From an uncultured Gemmatimonadales bacterium (lineage in GTDB: Bacteria > Gemmatimonadota > Gemmatimonadetes > Longimicrobiales > RSA9), in the NCBI GenBank assembly GCA_963798085.1, contig CAWCRS010000005.1, positions 192,001 to 256,000 on the forward strand: a stretch of 64,000 nt of DNA, written 5' to 3'. Within the stretch, counting starts at the first letter, position 1, and every line of letters begins with the position of its first letter. Made by a program: the position numbers and the translations under genes. Shown here piece after piece: positions 10,001 through 18,776 of this stretch. Under the pieces are notes generated by a model, which worked only from the letters and a program-made list of their open reading frames with translations, had not been told where the DNA came from and searched no databases.

Positions 10001-10452
10001 TCCGGCTGTATCTCCCGGCGGCCCGGGATGCGAGTATCGAAGCCGAGGCCGGGATGACAGCCACTGAAGCGCCGTCCGAGACGATCGCACTGGTCGAGGA
10101 TGAGCCCGCTGTGCGCGATCTGGCTACGCGCGTGCTGCGCGCACGGGGCTACAACGTGGTGGCCGCGGAAGACGGCCGGCAGGCGCTCGATCTCCTGGCG
10201 CGCTACCCCAGCCGCATCGACATGCTGGTCACGGACGTGGTGATGCCGGGCATGAGCGGCCGCGACCTCGCCGACCGGCTGGGCACGATGCGCCCGGGCG
10301 TCAAGGTGCTCTTCATGTCCGGGTACGCGCCGGAGGCCGTGGAGCAGCACGGCGTGCTGGCGCGCGGCAGCACATTCCTGGAAAAGCCCTTCTCGCCCGA
10401 TACGCTGCTGCGCCGCGTCCGCGAAATGCTCGACGGGCCGCCGCCCAACTGA
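7069..10452 (+). CDS. Membrane hybrid sensor kinase: TM - degenerate GGDEF - REC-like - 2 PAS - HisKA/HATPase - REC
   Basis: DAVTGLPNRR, LDVDGF, SVSIGIA; PAS/PAC motifs; [40 protein letters not shown]. Start may be 7093. Confidence 0.9.
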   Translation: MSAPPARPMLGFSDATQLRLLTGQVRLRKTIVLLAAAMAGWAVPVVGSFVAGPAPAWLPAALWGASLLPAVLAGRRWRAGGALGASAISVGLAAAVYIGAPGLGLTPGALPIPPARAIAMLAAASLIAGMVSAITLGRRRGSRIHALTDAVTGLPNRRHAELFLEHEFAVAELGTPFAMMMLDVDGFRTLTAAHGEAAANGILRALGGILRQNTRSANLSAHWERDRFVCLLSGALDRGAFIYARRLQEQIRASGNVAAMPSVSIGIACYDGEMRAPVHLVRAAERALQQAKREGGDRIRFHGRSPDDMERALGDEGPGAGGPRVEAEADDAPAGTPRSAFVFSPDHALRRRLTDHLERRGMRVTEVTRATEGIRPLSSEFDIVVVDLTRDDPGVRDLVREVRRRYPTTRIIGIPGVKGQAIDAAALAVPVDGHLLRSSGNWVFQPALEELLRERDHLRETALRALQLSDEVRVKERETQRARQEAEEKLRSLVQSIREVLFRMDRSGAWISLSPAWSTITGYAIEASLGRPWLEFFHEDDREALARDFDALTSIERPYLRREVRVRTQSGGVRWVDVRAQLAHDRFGNVLSASGTLTDITERRRMEEALHRNEEYFRALIENAADLIAVLDADGRVRYASPAAERILGLMLQDSTASPTLEDLVHPDDLPAVRAALRSVETPGAASTLELRARHASGAWRHLAVSVRNLAHIGAVRGLVINAHDVTERRQAELALRESEEALFRARKMDAIGMLAGGIAHDFNNLLTAIQGHVELAQAALAPDHPIRADLSRIQESAARAGSLTRQLLAFGRRQVMRPKVLELNVFLSDMQKMMVRMVGEQIQLRTELAASPDRVLADPMQLERALLNLAVNARDAMLHGGTLTIRTRWLYIDEEQAKRDDVSAGPYVEVAVTDTGHGIAADILPHVFDPFFSTKPLAVGVGLGLSTVYGIIRQTGGYVHVESVAGDDVVETTGTTFRLYLPAARDASIEAEAGMTATEAPSETIALVEDEPAVRDLATRVLRARGYNVVAAEDGRQALDLLARYPSRIDMLVTDVVMPGMSGRDLADRLGTMRPGVKVLFMSGYAPEAVEQHGVLARGSTFLEKPFSPDTLLRRVREMLDGPPPN

Positions 10453-10517
10453 CGCACCGCATGGCGCGCGGAGTGCGATCCGCCGCAGAAGACCACCTTC
10501 CTTCGCCGCGAAGGGCT

Positions 10518-11120
10518 CTAGAAAAAGAAGCCGATGGCAACGCCGTCGCGGTCGCCGAGGCTGGCACCGAAGCGGACGATCAATTTGCGCGTGACGCGCA
10601 GATCGAGGCCGACGTCTACGGCAAACACGAGGTTGACGTCGCTGTCCTCGTTGCGATCGCGGCAGTCGAGACAGCCGTCGAGGACGACGCGCGGCGTGAG
10701 GTAGGGCAGGAAGCCGACGCCGTTGCCCTCGAACTGATGACCGATCGTGAGACCGAGGGGCGCGCTCACGAGTGCGCCGTGCTCCACGCCCATGCCGATG
10801 CCGCCCACCCAGTCGATGTCCAGAGGAAACTCCTCCGTGGAGCGGGTGAGCGAGCCGGCGAAGTCGATGCCGCCGTAGATGGCCACGTTATTGTCGATTG
10901 CGTCGGCGATCCCCGCGCGCAGGCCGAAGCCGTAGCTCGACGAGCGCCACATGCCCAGCACGCCGAGGTTGCCACCCGGCACATCGGCGAGAAAGAGCCC
11001 GACGCCATTGGGGGCTCGCGGTGGCAGCAGGAAGGGCGAATCCCACGCGACCTGTGCGGCGGCGGGATGGGCACCGAGGACGGACGCGATGATGATGAGA
11101 CCGGACGCGAGTCGCTTCAT
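10518..11120 (-). CDS. Putative outer-membrane beta-barrel protein
   Basis: Signal peptide MKRLASGLIIIASVLGAHPAAAQ, amphipathic Gly/aromatic strands, C-terminal Phe. Confidence 0.7.
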   Translation of the reverse strand: MKRLASGLIIIASVLGAHPAAAQVAWDSPFLLPPRAPNGVGLFLADVPGGNLGVLGMWRSSSYGFGLRAGIADAIDNNVAIYGGIDFAGSLTRSTEEFPLDIDWVGGIGMGVEHGALVSAPLGLTIGHQFEGNGVGFLPYLTPRVVLDGCLDCRDRNEDSDVNLVFAVDVGLDLRVTRKLIVRFGASLGDRDGVAIGFFF

Positions 11121-11292
11121 GTATGGCAGCTCCGTGCAGGACTGATCTGGGGGCGCGCACACCGGCGGCGGCGCACGCGACGAACGTGCGCAGCGGGCGC
11201 AACAAGCGCGCCAGAACACCAGGATCCGGCCGCTGGCCGCGTCCGGAAGCGTGCCTTTCAGCCCTCCGGCGCACACGCCGGAACGCCGCGCT

Positions 11293-11691
11293 TCAGACGA
11301 CCGCCTCGGCCTCGATCTCGACCAGCATGGCGGAGTCGACGAAACCCGTCACCACGACCATGGTGCTGGCGGGCATGGCCTCGGCGAAGACTTCGCCATG
11401 GGCGCGGCCCACCGCCTGCCAGTGGGCGGCGTCGCGGATGAACACGCGTGTGCGCACGACATCAGCCGGCGCTGCGCCAAGCGACTCGAGGGCGGCGCTG
11501 ATGATGCCGAGGCAGTGCTTCGTCTGGAGGTACGGATCACCCGGAAACGCAACGTTACCATCTTCGCCCACCGCTGCCGTGCCCGCGACCCAGATGCGCC
11601 GGCCCACACGTACAGCGCGAGAATAACCGACTGTTGCGGCCCACGGCGTCTGCGTGGGCACGCGTTGCCGTTCCCGTTTCCGCTTCTTCAC
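11293..11691 (-). CDS. RidA/YjgF family protein
   Basis: VGYSRAVRVG, VAGT, DVVRTRVF, LVEIEAEA. Confidence 0.92.
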   Translation of the reverse strand: MKKRKRERQRVPTQTPWAATVGYSRAVRVGRRIWVAGTAAVGEDGNVAFPGDPYLQTKHCLGIISAALESLGAAPADVVRTRVFIRDAAHWQAVGRAHGEVFAEAMPASTMVVVTGFVDSAMLVEIEAEAVV

Positions 11692-11725
11692 GATCGGCCT
11701 CCTCTACTGTGCAGTTGGGCGCCAT

Positions 11726-12562
11726 TCAGCGCGGCACGGCCGCCACGGCGCGCAGCGGTCCGCCCGATCCGCCGCCAATCTTCATGGGCAGCGCAATGAT
11801 CCAGGCACCGGTAGCCGGCAACTGGTCGAGGTTGGTGAGATTCTCCATGCCGGGTACGTTCTTCGCCATCACGACCTGGTGCACGATGAAGTCCTGGGAT
11901 GCGCCGTAATCGATCGACGCGTCGTCGACGCCCAGCGCAGCGACCTGGCGCTGCTCCACCAGCAGCCTCGCCGCATCCTCACCGTAGCTCGGAAAATGGA
12001 GGTGTGAAGCGTCGCCCGGCTTGTCATCACCGAGGTACGTCTTCTTGTCCGGCCAGAAGCGACTCCAGCCCGTCCGCAGCACCACAATGGTACCGGGCCG
12101 GATCGCGCCGTGGGCACTCTCCCACGCGGTCACGTCCGCCGCTGTCAGTCGATAGTCGTGGTCCGCTGTGGCCTTGTCCGTGATGTCGATGACGGCGGCA
12201 GGTGCAATCAGATGCTCGAGCGAGACCTGATCCGCGGTCTGACCCGTCGCCGAGAAATGGATGGGCGCATCCAGGTGCGTGCCGCCGTGCTCGGGCGCAC
12301 TGAACATGAACGCACTGTAGAACCAGCCGCCGGGTGTGGGTCCGTACGATACGGTATCGAGCCTGAAGGCGGTGGGTGATGTGGGCCAGTAGAGCGTCGA
12401 GCTGTCGAACGTGTGGCTGAGGTCGATGAAGCGCGCGCTGGCCAGGTCGAAGGCATGGTCTGCCGTGCCGGTGGCGGTGCCCGCGCGCCCGGCGCAACCC
12501 GCGACCGCGAGAATCAGCAGCGCCGCTTCGAAGCGCAGCGGCGAGGCGAAGCGAGGACGCAT
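11726..12562 (-). CDS. Cyclase family (kynurenine formamidase-like) metallohydrolase, lipoprotein
   Basis: EHGGTHLDAPIHF, LRTGWS, GVDDASID, ENLTNL, GGSGGPLRAVA; LAVAGC lipobox. Confidence 0.92.
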   Translation of the reverse strand: MRPRFASPLRFEAALLILAVAGCAGRAGTATGTADHAFDLASARFIDLSHTFDSSTLYWPTSPTAFRLDTVSYGPTPGGWFYSAFMFSAPEHGGTHLDAPIHFSATGQTADQVSLEHLIAPAAVIDITDKATADHDYRLTAADVTAWESAHGAIRPGTIVVLRTGWSRFWPDKKTYLGDDKPGDASHLHFPSYGEDAARLLVEQRQVAALGVDDASIDYGASQDFIVHQVVMAKNVPGMENLTNLDQLPATGAWIIALPMKIGGGSGGPLRAVAAVPR

Positions 12563-12668
12563 GCTCGTGCCTCCATCGAGGGACGTGTCAGAGACGACGG
12601 GGTGTACGACTCTCCTGTGACGCACGGGCAAGATTCCGTGCGCCGCAATGGGCGTCAAGCGACACGCT

Positions 12669-14699
12669 TCAAAGCGAGCGGTGCTGTCGGATGGCTTTCC
12701 GGACGCGGTCCAGAAGTGTTTCGGGCGAGTAGGGCTTCTGCAGGAGGTCGACGAGCGCTTCGTTTACACCGTGGCGAACGATGGCATCGTCGGTGTAGCC
12801 GGACGTGAAGAGCACGGGCGTATCCGTACGGACGTGCGCCAGCGCATCCGCCAGCTCGCGGCCGCTGCGACCCGGCATCACGACATCGGTGAACAGCAGG
12901 TCGATGGGTCCGTCGTACGTGCCCGCAATCTCCAGCGCACGGTCCGCGTGCTCGGCATCGAGAACGGTGTAACCCGCGCTGCGCAGCGCGCGCGCCGCCA
13001 GCGTGCGCACGATGCCGTCGTCCTCGACGAGGAGAATGGTGTGGGCGACCGGTGACGTCGGGCTTTCGCCGGGATCCGCCGCCGTCTCGGCAGCCGCCTG
13101 TCCTTCGGCGGGCAGAAACACACGGAAGGTGGAGCCGAGGCCGGGCTCGCTCTCCACCTCAATGCGACCGCCAGACTGCTTTACGATGCTGTAGACGGTG
13201 GACAGACCGAGGCCGCTGCCTTTGCCGTGCTCCTTCGTGGTGAAGAAGGGCTCGAAGATGCGGGAGCGCACCTCGGGTGACATGCCGGAACCGGTGTCGG
13301 TTACTTCCAGTACGCCGCAGGCGCGCGGCCGGGCCGCGGCGGCCGAGCCGGATTCGCCCGGTGTGCCGCTGTCCGGGCGTGTGGCAATGCGGAGTCTGCC
13401 GCCCGTGGGCATGGCATCGCGGGCGTTGACCACGAGGTTGAGCAACACCTGATCGAGCTGCACGGGATCGGCGCGCACGAAGAGCGTTTCCGCGTGCAGA
13501 TCAAGGACTACGCTCACGTCCTCCCCTAACACGCGTTTCAGCATGGGTTCGAGCTCGTGCACGGCCTGGGTCAGATCGACGGGACGCAGTTCGAGCAGCT
13601 CGCGGCGGCCCAGCGTGAGCAGCTGGCGCGTCAGTGTCGCCGCGCGTTGCGCGGCGGTCTGGATGCGCTCCAGGTCGGCGCGCACATCGCCGGGATCGGG
13701 AAATTCCTCCAGCAGGAACTGTGTCACGCCGAGGATGCCCGTCAGCACGTTGTTGAAGTCGTGGGCCACGCCGCCGGCGAGCCGGCCAATGGCTTCCATC
13801 TTCTGCGCCTGCTGCAGCTGCTCCTCGAGCTTGCGCTGCGCGGTGAGATCGTGCGTCAGGCCGACGAAGCCGATGACGTTGCCGTCGCGATCGAACAGAG
13901 CGGAATCGGTGATGAGCGCGGGGAACGTCGTGCCATCCTTGCGCTGCAGCATGAACTCGCCGATCCATGGTCGGCCGGCGCGCAGTGCTGTCATCACTTT
14001 GACGGCGCGATCCGCTTCCACTACCGGCACGAGATGCTCGAGAGCATTGCTGCCCATGACTTCGGCGGCGCTCCAGCCATACAGTGTCTCGGCAGCGCGG
14101 TTCCAGTAGGTAATGCGGCCGTCCGCATCGAGTGCGACCGCGGCCTGGGCCATGGTGTCGAGGATGCGAGCCTGGAAGCGGATCTGCTCTTCATCGCGGT
14201 GCCGTTCGACGGCGCTGCCCACGAAGTTGGCGATCGTCTGCAGGAAATTGGCGTCGTTCTGATCGAAGCTGCGCCGCGACCGGTGATACGCGCCGAGCAC
14301 GCCGAAGGGCCGGTCGCGACCGGGAATCACGACGCTCAACGCGCTGATCATACCCAGTTCGACGAGCACCACGGGGCGGCGCAGCCGAGGCTCGGCGCGC
14401 AGGTCCGGGATGAGCAGCGGGCCCTTCGTCGCCACTGTCAGGCCGGCCAGCGATCCCTCGCCCGCGGCCACTTCGAAGTTGCCCACAGCGCCGGCTGGCC
14501 ACGGTCCGGCCGCCGCCTGCACGCGCATGAGGTCACCGGTGGCATCGAACTCGAGCAGTGCCGTAGCATCAACCTGCAGGACGGCGCGCAGGTGCTCTGC
14601 CGTCCGCTGCATCAGCTGAGGCAGAGGCAGGTTGGCGAGCGCGAGCGCACTCAGCTCCGCGGACGCGGCCGGCACGGCAGCGCGCTCGTGGTCCGGCAT
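12669..14699 (-). CDS. GAF-PAS hybrid histidine kinase with C-terminal REC
   Basis: GAF (GVLGAYHRSRRSFD), PAS (YWNRAAETLYGW), [15 protein letters not shown]...TDVVMP; start uncertain. Confidence 0.9.
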   Translation of the reverse strand: MPDHERAAVPAASAELSALALANLPLPQLMQRTAEHLRAVLQVDATALLEFDATGDLMRVQAAAGPWPAGAVGNFEVAAGEGSLAGLTVATKGPLLIPDLRAEPRLRRPVVLVELGMISALSVVIPGRDRPFGVLGAYHRSRRSFDQNDANFLQTIANFVGSAVERHRDEEQIRFQARILDTMAQAAVALDADGRITYWNRAAETLYGWSAAEVMGSNALEHLVPVVEADRAVKVMTALRAGRPWIGEFMLQRKDGTTFPALITDSALFDRDGNVIGFVGLTHDLTAQRKLEEQLQQAQKMEAIGRLAGGVAHDFNNVLTGILGVTQFLLEEFPDPGDVRADLERIQTAAQRAATLTRQLLTLGRRELLELRPVDLTQAVHELEPMLKRVLGEDVSVVLDLHAETLFVRADPVQLDQVLLNLVVNARDAMPTGGRLRIATRPDSGTPGESGSAAAARPRACGVLEVTDTGSGMSPEVRSRIFEPFFTTKEHGKGSGLGLSTVYSIVKQSGGRIEVESEPGLGSTFRVFLPAEGQAAAETAADPGESPTSPVAHTILLVEDDGIVRTLAARALRSAGYTVLDAEHADRALEIAGTYDGPIDLLFTDVVMPGRSGRELADALAHVRTDTPVLFTSGYTDDAIVRHGVNEALVDLLQKPYSPETLLDRVRKAIRQHRSL

Positions 14700-14998
14700 G
14701 CGCTGCGCGGCTGGCTGTGCCCCGTGGTCAGGGAACCGTTGATCCAAGGAGCTCCTTCCGGCTCGTCCGAGAGCGACGAGCGCGCCTTCCCCGGCAACGC
14801 TCGCAGTAGGGCAAAGGATCGGCCGTCGGGCGTGCAACCGGTGTCGGGACATGACCGACACGCGTGTAGGCACAGGCGCGACCGGTGGCAGGCGATCTCG
14901 CATGAAAGCTCGGTCCCGATGGACCGATACTGCAGATACGCGCCGCCGCTGCCCGGGAGTCAGCGGCGCACCGGCCTATGCATCTGCAGGTGAAGCCC

Positions 14999-16108
14999 AT
15001 GAATGCGACGAACGGGGAATTCACGCAAAAGGAAACCCATCGCGTGCTGATCGTGGACGATGAGGATCTGATCGTGCACGCGCTCGAACGCGTCATGCGA
15101 CGGCAGGGATACGAGCAGGTACAGACGACGACGGATTCGCGTATGGTCCTGTCGCTGTTTCAGGAATTCCAGCCTGACATTGTACTGCTCGACCTGCATA
15201 TGCCCGGACTGGACGGTCTGGCGCTGCTGCAGCAGCTGGGGTCGCGCGTGCCGGACGATCAGTTCCTGCCGCTGGTCGTACTCTCGGGTGACATGACGGC
15301 GGAAGCCAAGCAGCGCGCACTGGCGCTGGGCGCTTCGGATTTCGTGGCCAAGCCCTACGACGCGGCCGAGGTGACGCTGCGCGTGCGCAACCTGCTACGT
15401 CTGCGCGATTTCACAGGGCGGCTGGAAGACCGCGTGGTAGAGCGGACGCGCCAGCTGAAAAGCGCCGAAGTGGATGTCGCCAATCGCATGGCGCTGGTGG
15501 CCGAGTACCGCGACTACGAGGATGGCGCGCACGTGCAGCGCGTGGGTCAGCTCTCGGCCGCCATCGCGCAGAACCTCGATCGGCCCGCAGCAGAAGTCGA
15601 GCTGCTGCGTTACGCGGCGCCGCTGCATGACATTGGCAAGATCGCGATTCCGGATTCCATTCTGCTCAAGCCGGGGCCGCTGTCGCTGGACGAGCTGGAT
15701 GTGATGAAGGCTCACACCACCATCGGTGCGCGCATGCTGGCCGGCAGCAACTCGCCCATCCTCCAGATGGCTGAGGAAATCGCGCTCTACCATCACGAGA
15801 ACTGGGATGGCACCGGCTACACGCCCGGTCTGCGCGGCGAGCAGATCCCGTTGTCCGGCCGCATCGTCTCGGTGGCGGACGTCTTCGACGCGCTCACCCA
15901 CGCCCGGCCCTACAAGACGGCGTGGACGCTGGATGAAACCCTGGGCTGGATGCAGTCGATGCGCGACCGCAAGTTCGACGCGCGTGTGCTGGATGGGCTG
16001 CTGCGTGCAGCGCACACGCTGGAGCAGATCGAATCGGCCAGCGAGCACGTGCCGCCGGAGGCCCAGCTGCCGATACTGGCCGACGTGAGCGCGGCGGCCA
16101 GCGCCTAG
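14999..16108 (+). CDS. REC + HD-GYP phosphodiesterase (RpfG-like)
   Basis: VLIVDD, LLDLHMP; LHDIGKI, HHENWDGTGY, ADVFDALTHARPYK. Confidence 0.93.
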   Translation: MNATNGEFTQKETHRVLIVDDEDLIVHALERVMRRQGYEQVQTTTDSRMVLSLFQEFQPDIVLLDLHMPGLDGLALLQQLGSRVPDDQFLPLVVLSGDMTAEAKQRALALGASDFVAKPYDAAEVTLRVRNLLRLRDFTGRLEDRVVERTRQLKSAEVDVANRMALVAEYRDYEDGAHVQRVGQLSAAIAQNLDRPAAEVELLRYAAPLHDIGKIAIPDSILLKPGPLSLDELDVMKAHTTIGARMLAGSNSPILQMAEEIALYHHENWDGTGYTPGLRGEQIPLSGRIVSVADVFDALTHARPYKTAWTLDETLGWMQSMRDRKFDARVLDGLLRAAHTLEQIESASEHVPPEAQLPILADVSAAASA

Positions 16109-16199
16109 CCTGCAACGGACTGCACCGCGGGCGACGCCTGCGTGTTGGAGCCGGAGCGCGAGCGCATTGCCAATACGCCCGCCGTACTGCCCTGAGGAA

Positions 16200-18524
16200 T
16201 CAGGAGTCGAGAACTTCGCGGACTTTACGGGCGAGCGACTCGGGCGTGTAGGGTTTCTGCAGGAAGGCGAGTCCGTGCTCGAGCACACCCAGTCGGAGAA
16301 TCGCTTCATCCGTGTAGCCTGATGTGTAGAGCACGCGCACGCCGGGCCGGAACGCCGTCAGCCGTTCGGCCAGCGCGCGGCCGCTCATCCCGGGCATGAT
16401 TACATCCGTGAGCAGAAGTTCAATGGGCTGTGTTTCCGCGGCGGCCATGGCCAGCGCCTGATCAGGATCGGCGGCTTCGAGCACCGCGTAACCGCGGCGC
16501 TCCAGTGCGCGGCGAGCGAGCGACCGGACCAGCTCGTCGTCCTCCACGAGCAACAGACGCTCGGATCCGCCCGGCGCCGTGAGCGGCGTCTGCTCCTGGG
16601 CAACGAACTCGGGAACACTCGCCGCAGGCAGGTAGACCCGGAACGTGGTGCCATGATTCTGCTCGCTATCCACGGCCACGAACCCCTCGCTCTGCTTCAC
16701 AATGCCGTACACGGTGGCGAGCCCCAGGCCGGTGCCCTTGCCGGGGTCCTTCGTGGTGAAGAACGGTTCGAAGATATTCGCCTTCACTTCATCGCTCATG
16801 CCCGTGCCCGTATCACTGATCGCGAGCAGCACCCAGCGCCCGCCGGCCAGCGTCGCGTTCTCACCCACTTCGCGCTCGTGCAGATCGAGCGTGCGGGTCT
16901 CGATGGTAATGGTGCCGCCATCGGGCATGGCGTCGCGTGAGTTGACCGCCAGGTTGAGGATCACCTGCTCGATCTGACCCGGATCGGCGCGCACCGGCGC
17001 CGTGTCCTGCGCGCAGCGGGTCACCAGCTGTACATCTTCGCCGATCAGTCGGCGCAGCATGCGCTCCGTGCTGTGCACGAGATCGGGCAGATTGAGAATG
17101 CGGGGGGCCAGCATCTGCTGGCGGCTGAAGGCCAGCAGCTGGCGCGTCAGCTCCGCAGCACGCCGCGAGGCCTGTGCGATTTCACCCATCATGTCGTGGT
17201 GCTCGGTGCCCGCTGCGAATTGATCGCGCAATAACTCAATGTTACCGCTGATGACCGTGAGCAGGTTGTTGAAGTCGTGCGCCACGCCGCCGGCCAGCCT
17301 GCCCACCGCTTCCATCTTCTGCGCCTGGCGCAGCTGATTCTCCAGCTGGAGGTGCGCCGTCATGTCACGGCCGATGGCGACGAACAGCTCTTCTCCGCCC
17401 AGGCTCACCGCACTGCTGCTGAAATCGACGACGACGCTGCTGCCATCGCCGCGCCGCAATTCCGTGCGGCGCGGACCGCCCCCGCTGTGCCGCGCCAACT
17501 GGTGCATGTGCCCCGTGGCTTCGGCGGCGGTCTCCCGAATCGAGAACTCGCTGATGTGATGGCCGATGATGTCTTCACGCGCGACGCCCAGCAACTCGCA
17601 CATGCGCGGGTTCACGTCCTGCACGATGCCCTCGGCATTCACGATGTTGATGCCGTCGCTGGCGTGATCCATGAGGATGCGCCAGCGCGCTTCGCGCTCC
17701 AGCAGCTGCTCCTGTGTCCGGCGTCGCGTGGTGATGTCGATGATCGACGCGAGCACGTGGGGCGCGTCGTCGAGCTGCAGCGGATTGAGGCCGATTTCCA
17801 CCGGGAACTCGTGGCCATCCGCGTGCAGCGCGATCAGCTCGCGGCCCGCGCCCATCTGACGGGAGCCCGGATGAAAGAAGAACGCGGCAGTCAGGACGTT
17901 GTGGCGTTCGCGGTAGCGCTGAGGCACGAGCATGTCCAGCGGCTGGCCGATGAGATCCCCTTCGGCATACCCGAACATGCCGGCCAGCACGCGGTTGCAG
18001 AGCGTGATGCGCGCGTCGGCGTCAATCATCACCATGCCACTGGGCGAGGCGTTGACGGCGGCGCGGAACAGCTGCTCATCACGGTGCCGCTGCGTGTGAT
18101 CGCGCGTGACCGCGGCATACCCCGTCAACTCCCCTGCTTCATTGCCGATCGGTGTGATTACGACCTGTGCCCAGAAGCGCGTGCCGTCGCGCCGCATGCG
18201 CCAGCCTTCCTCCGCCAGAGTGCCGGCCTTCGCCGCAGTGCGCAGCAGCCGGTCTCCGGGCCGGCCCGCCGCGTCCGCATCCGAAAGGACCAGAGAGTAG
18301 GGTCGGCCCACGATCTCCCCTGACGGATAGCCGAACATGCGCTCCGCGCCCGGATTCCACGTGGAGACGAAACCCTGCAGATCGATCAGGAAAATGGCGT
18401 CGTCACGGATGGACTCGATGAGAATGCGATACAATTCGGCGGGCGTGCCCGCGGCACGGCCCGTCCGGTTGGATTGACCCGTGGAGTCCCGTGCGCGTTC
18501 GTCGGGCTGACTCGAAGCTGTCAT
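16200..18524 (-). CDS. Triple-PAS hybrid histidine kinase with C-terminal REC
   Basis: Three PAS/PAC units, [36 protein letters not shown]. Confidence 0.92.
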   Translation of the reverse strand: MTASSQPDERARDSTGQSNRTGRAAGTPAELYRILIESIRDDAIFLIDLQGFVSTWNPGAERMFGYPSGEIVGRPYSLVLSDADAAGRPGDRLLRTAAKAGTLAEEGWRMRRDGTRFWAQVVITPIGNEAGELTGYAAVTRDHTQRHRDEQLFRAAVNASPSGMVMIDADARITLCNRVLAGMFGYAEGDLIGQPLDMLVPQRYRERHNVLTAAFFFHPGSRQMGAGRELIALHADGHEFPVEIGLNPLQLDDAPHVLASIIDITTRRRTQEQLLEREARWRILMDHASDGINIVNAEGIVQDVNPRMCELLGVAREDIIGHHISEFSIRETAAEATGHMHQLARHSGGGPRRTELRRGDGSSVVVDFSSSAVSLGGEELFVAIGRDMTAHLQLENQLRQAQKMEAVGRLAGGVAHDFNNLLTVISGNIELLRDQFAAGTEHHDMMGEIAQASRRAAELTRQLLAFSRQQMLAPRILNLPDLVHSTERMLRRLIGEDVQLVTRCAQDTAPVRADPGQIEQVILNLAVNSRDAMPDGGTITIETRTLDLHEREVGENATLAGGRWVLLAISDTGTGMSDEVKANIFEPFFTTKDPGKGTGLGLATVYGIVKQSEGFVAVDSEQNHGTTFRVYLPAASVPEFVAQEQTPLTAPGGSERLLLVEDDELVRSLARRALERRGYAVLEAADPDQALAMAAAETQPIELLLTDVIMPGMSGRALAERLTAFRPGVRVLYTSGYTDEAILRLGVLEHGLAFLQKPYTPESLARKVREVLDS

Positions 18525-18776
18525 GGCGCCGTCACTCCGGGGGCGTGTCCGGCTATTCTGCACTCGCTTGTCAGGATTGGAAGATTGGCGCGTGCGGAAA
18601 TGGTATCGTCCGCGGTTGGCGCGGGAATAGCGGGAAATAACAGCGTGTGATGTGCGGAAATGCCTTACCTGCACACCCGGGGAAACCCCTATCTTCGCAT
18701 GCACGATGCCTGTGCATGGCCATTCCGCAGCGCCCACGCGGCGCGATGGGTCACGGAATGCAGGGAAAACCCGGCA

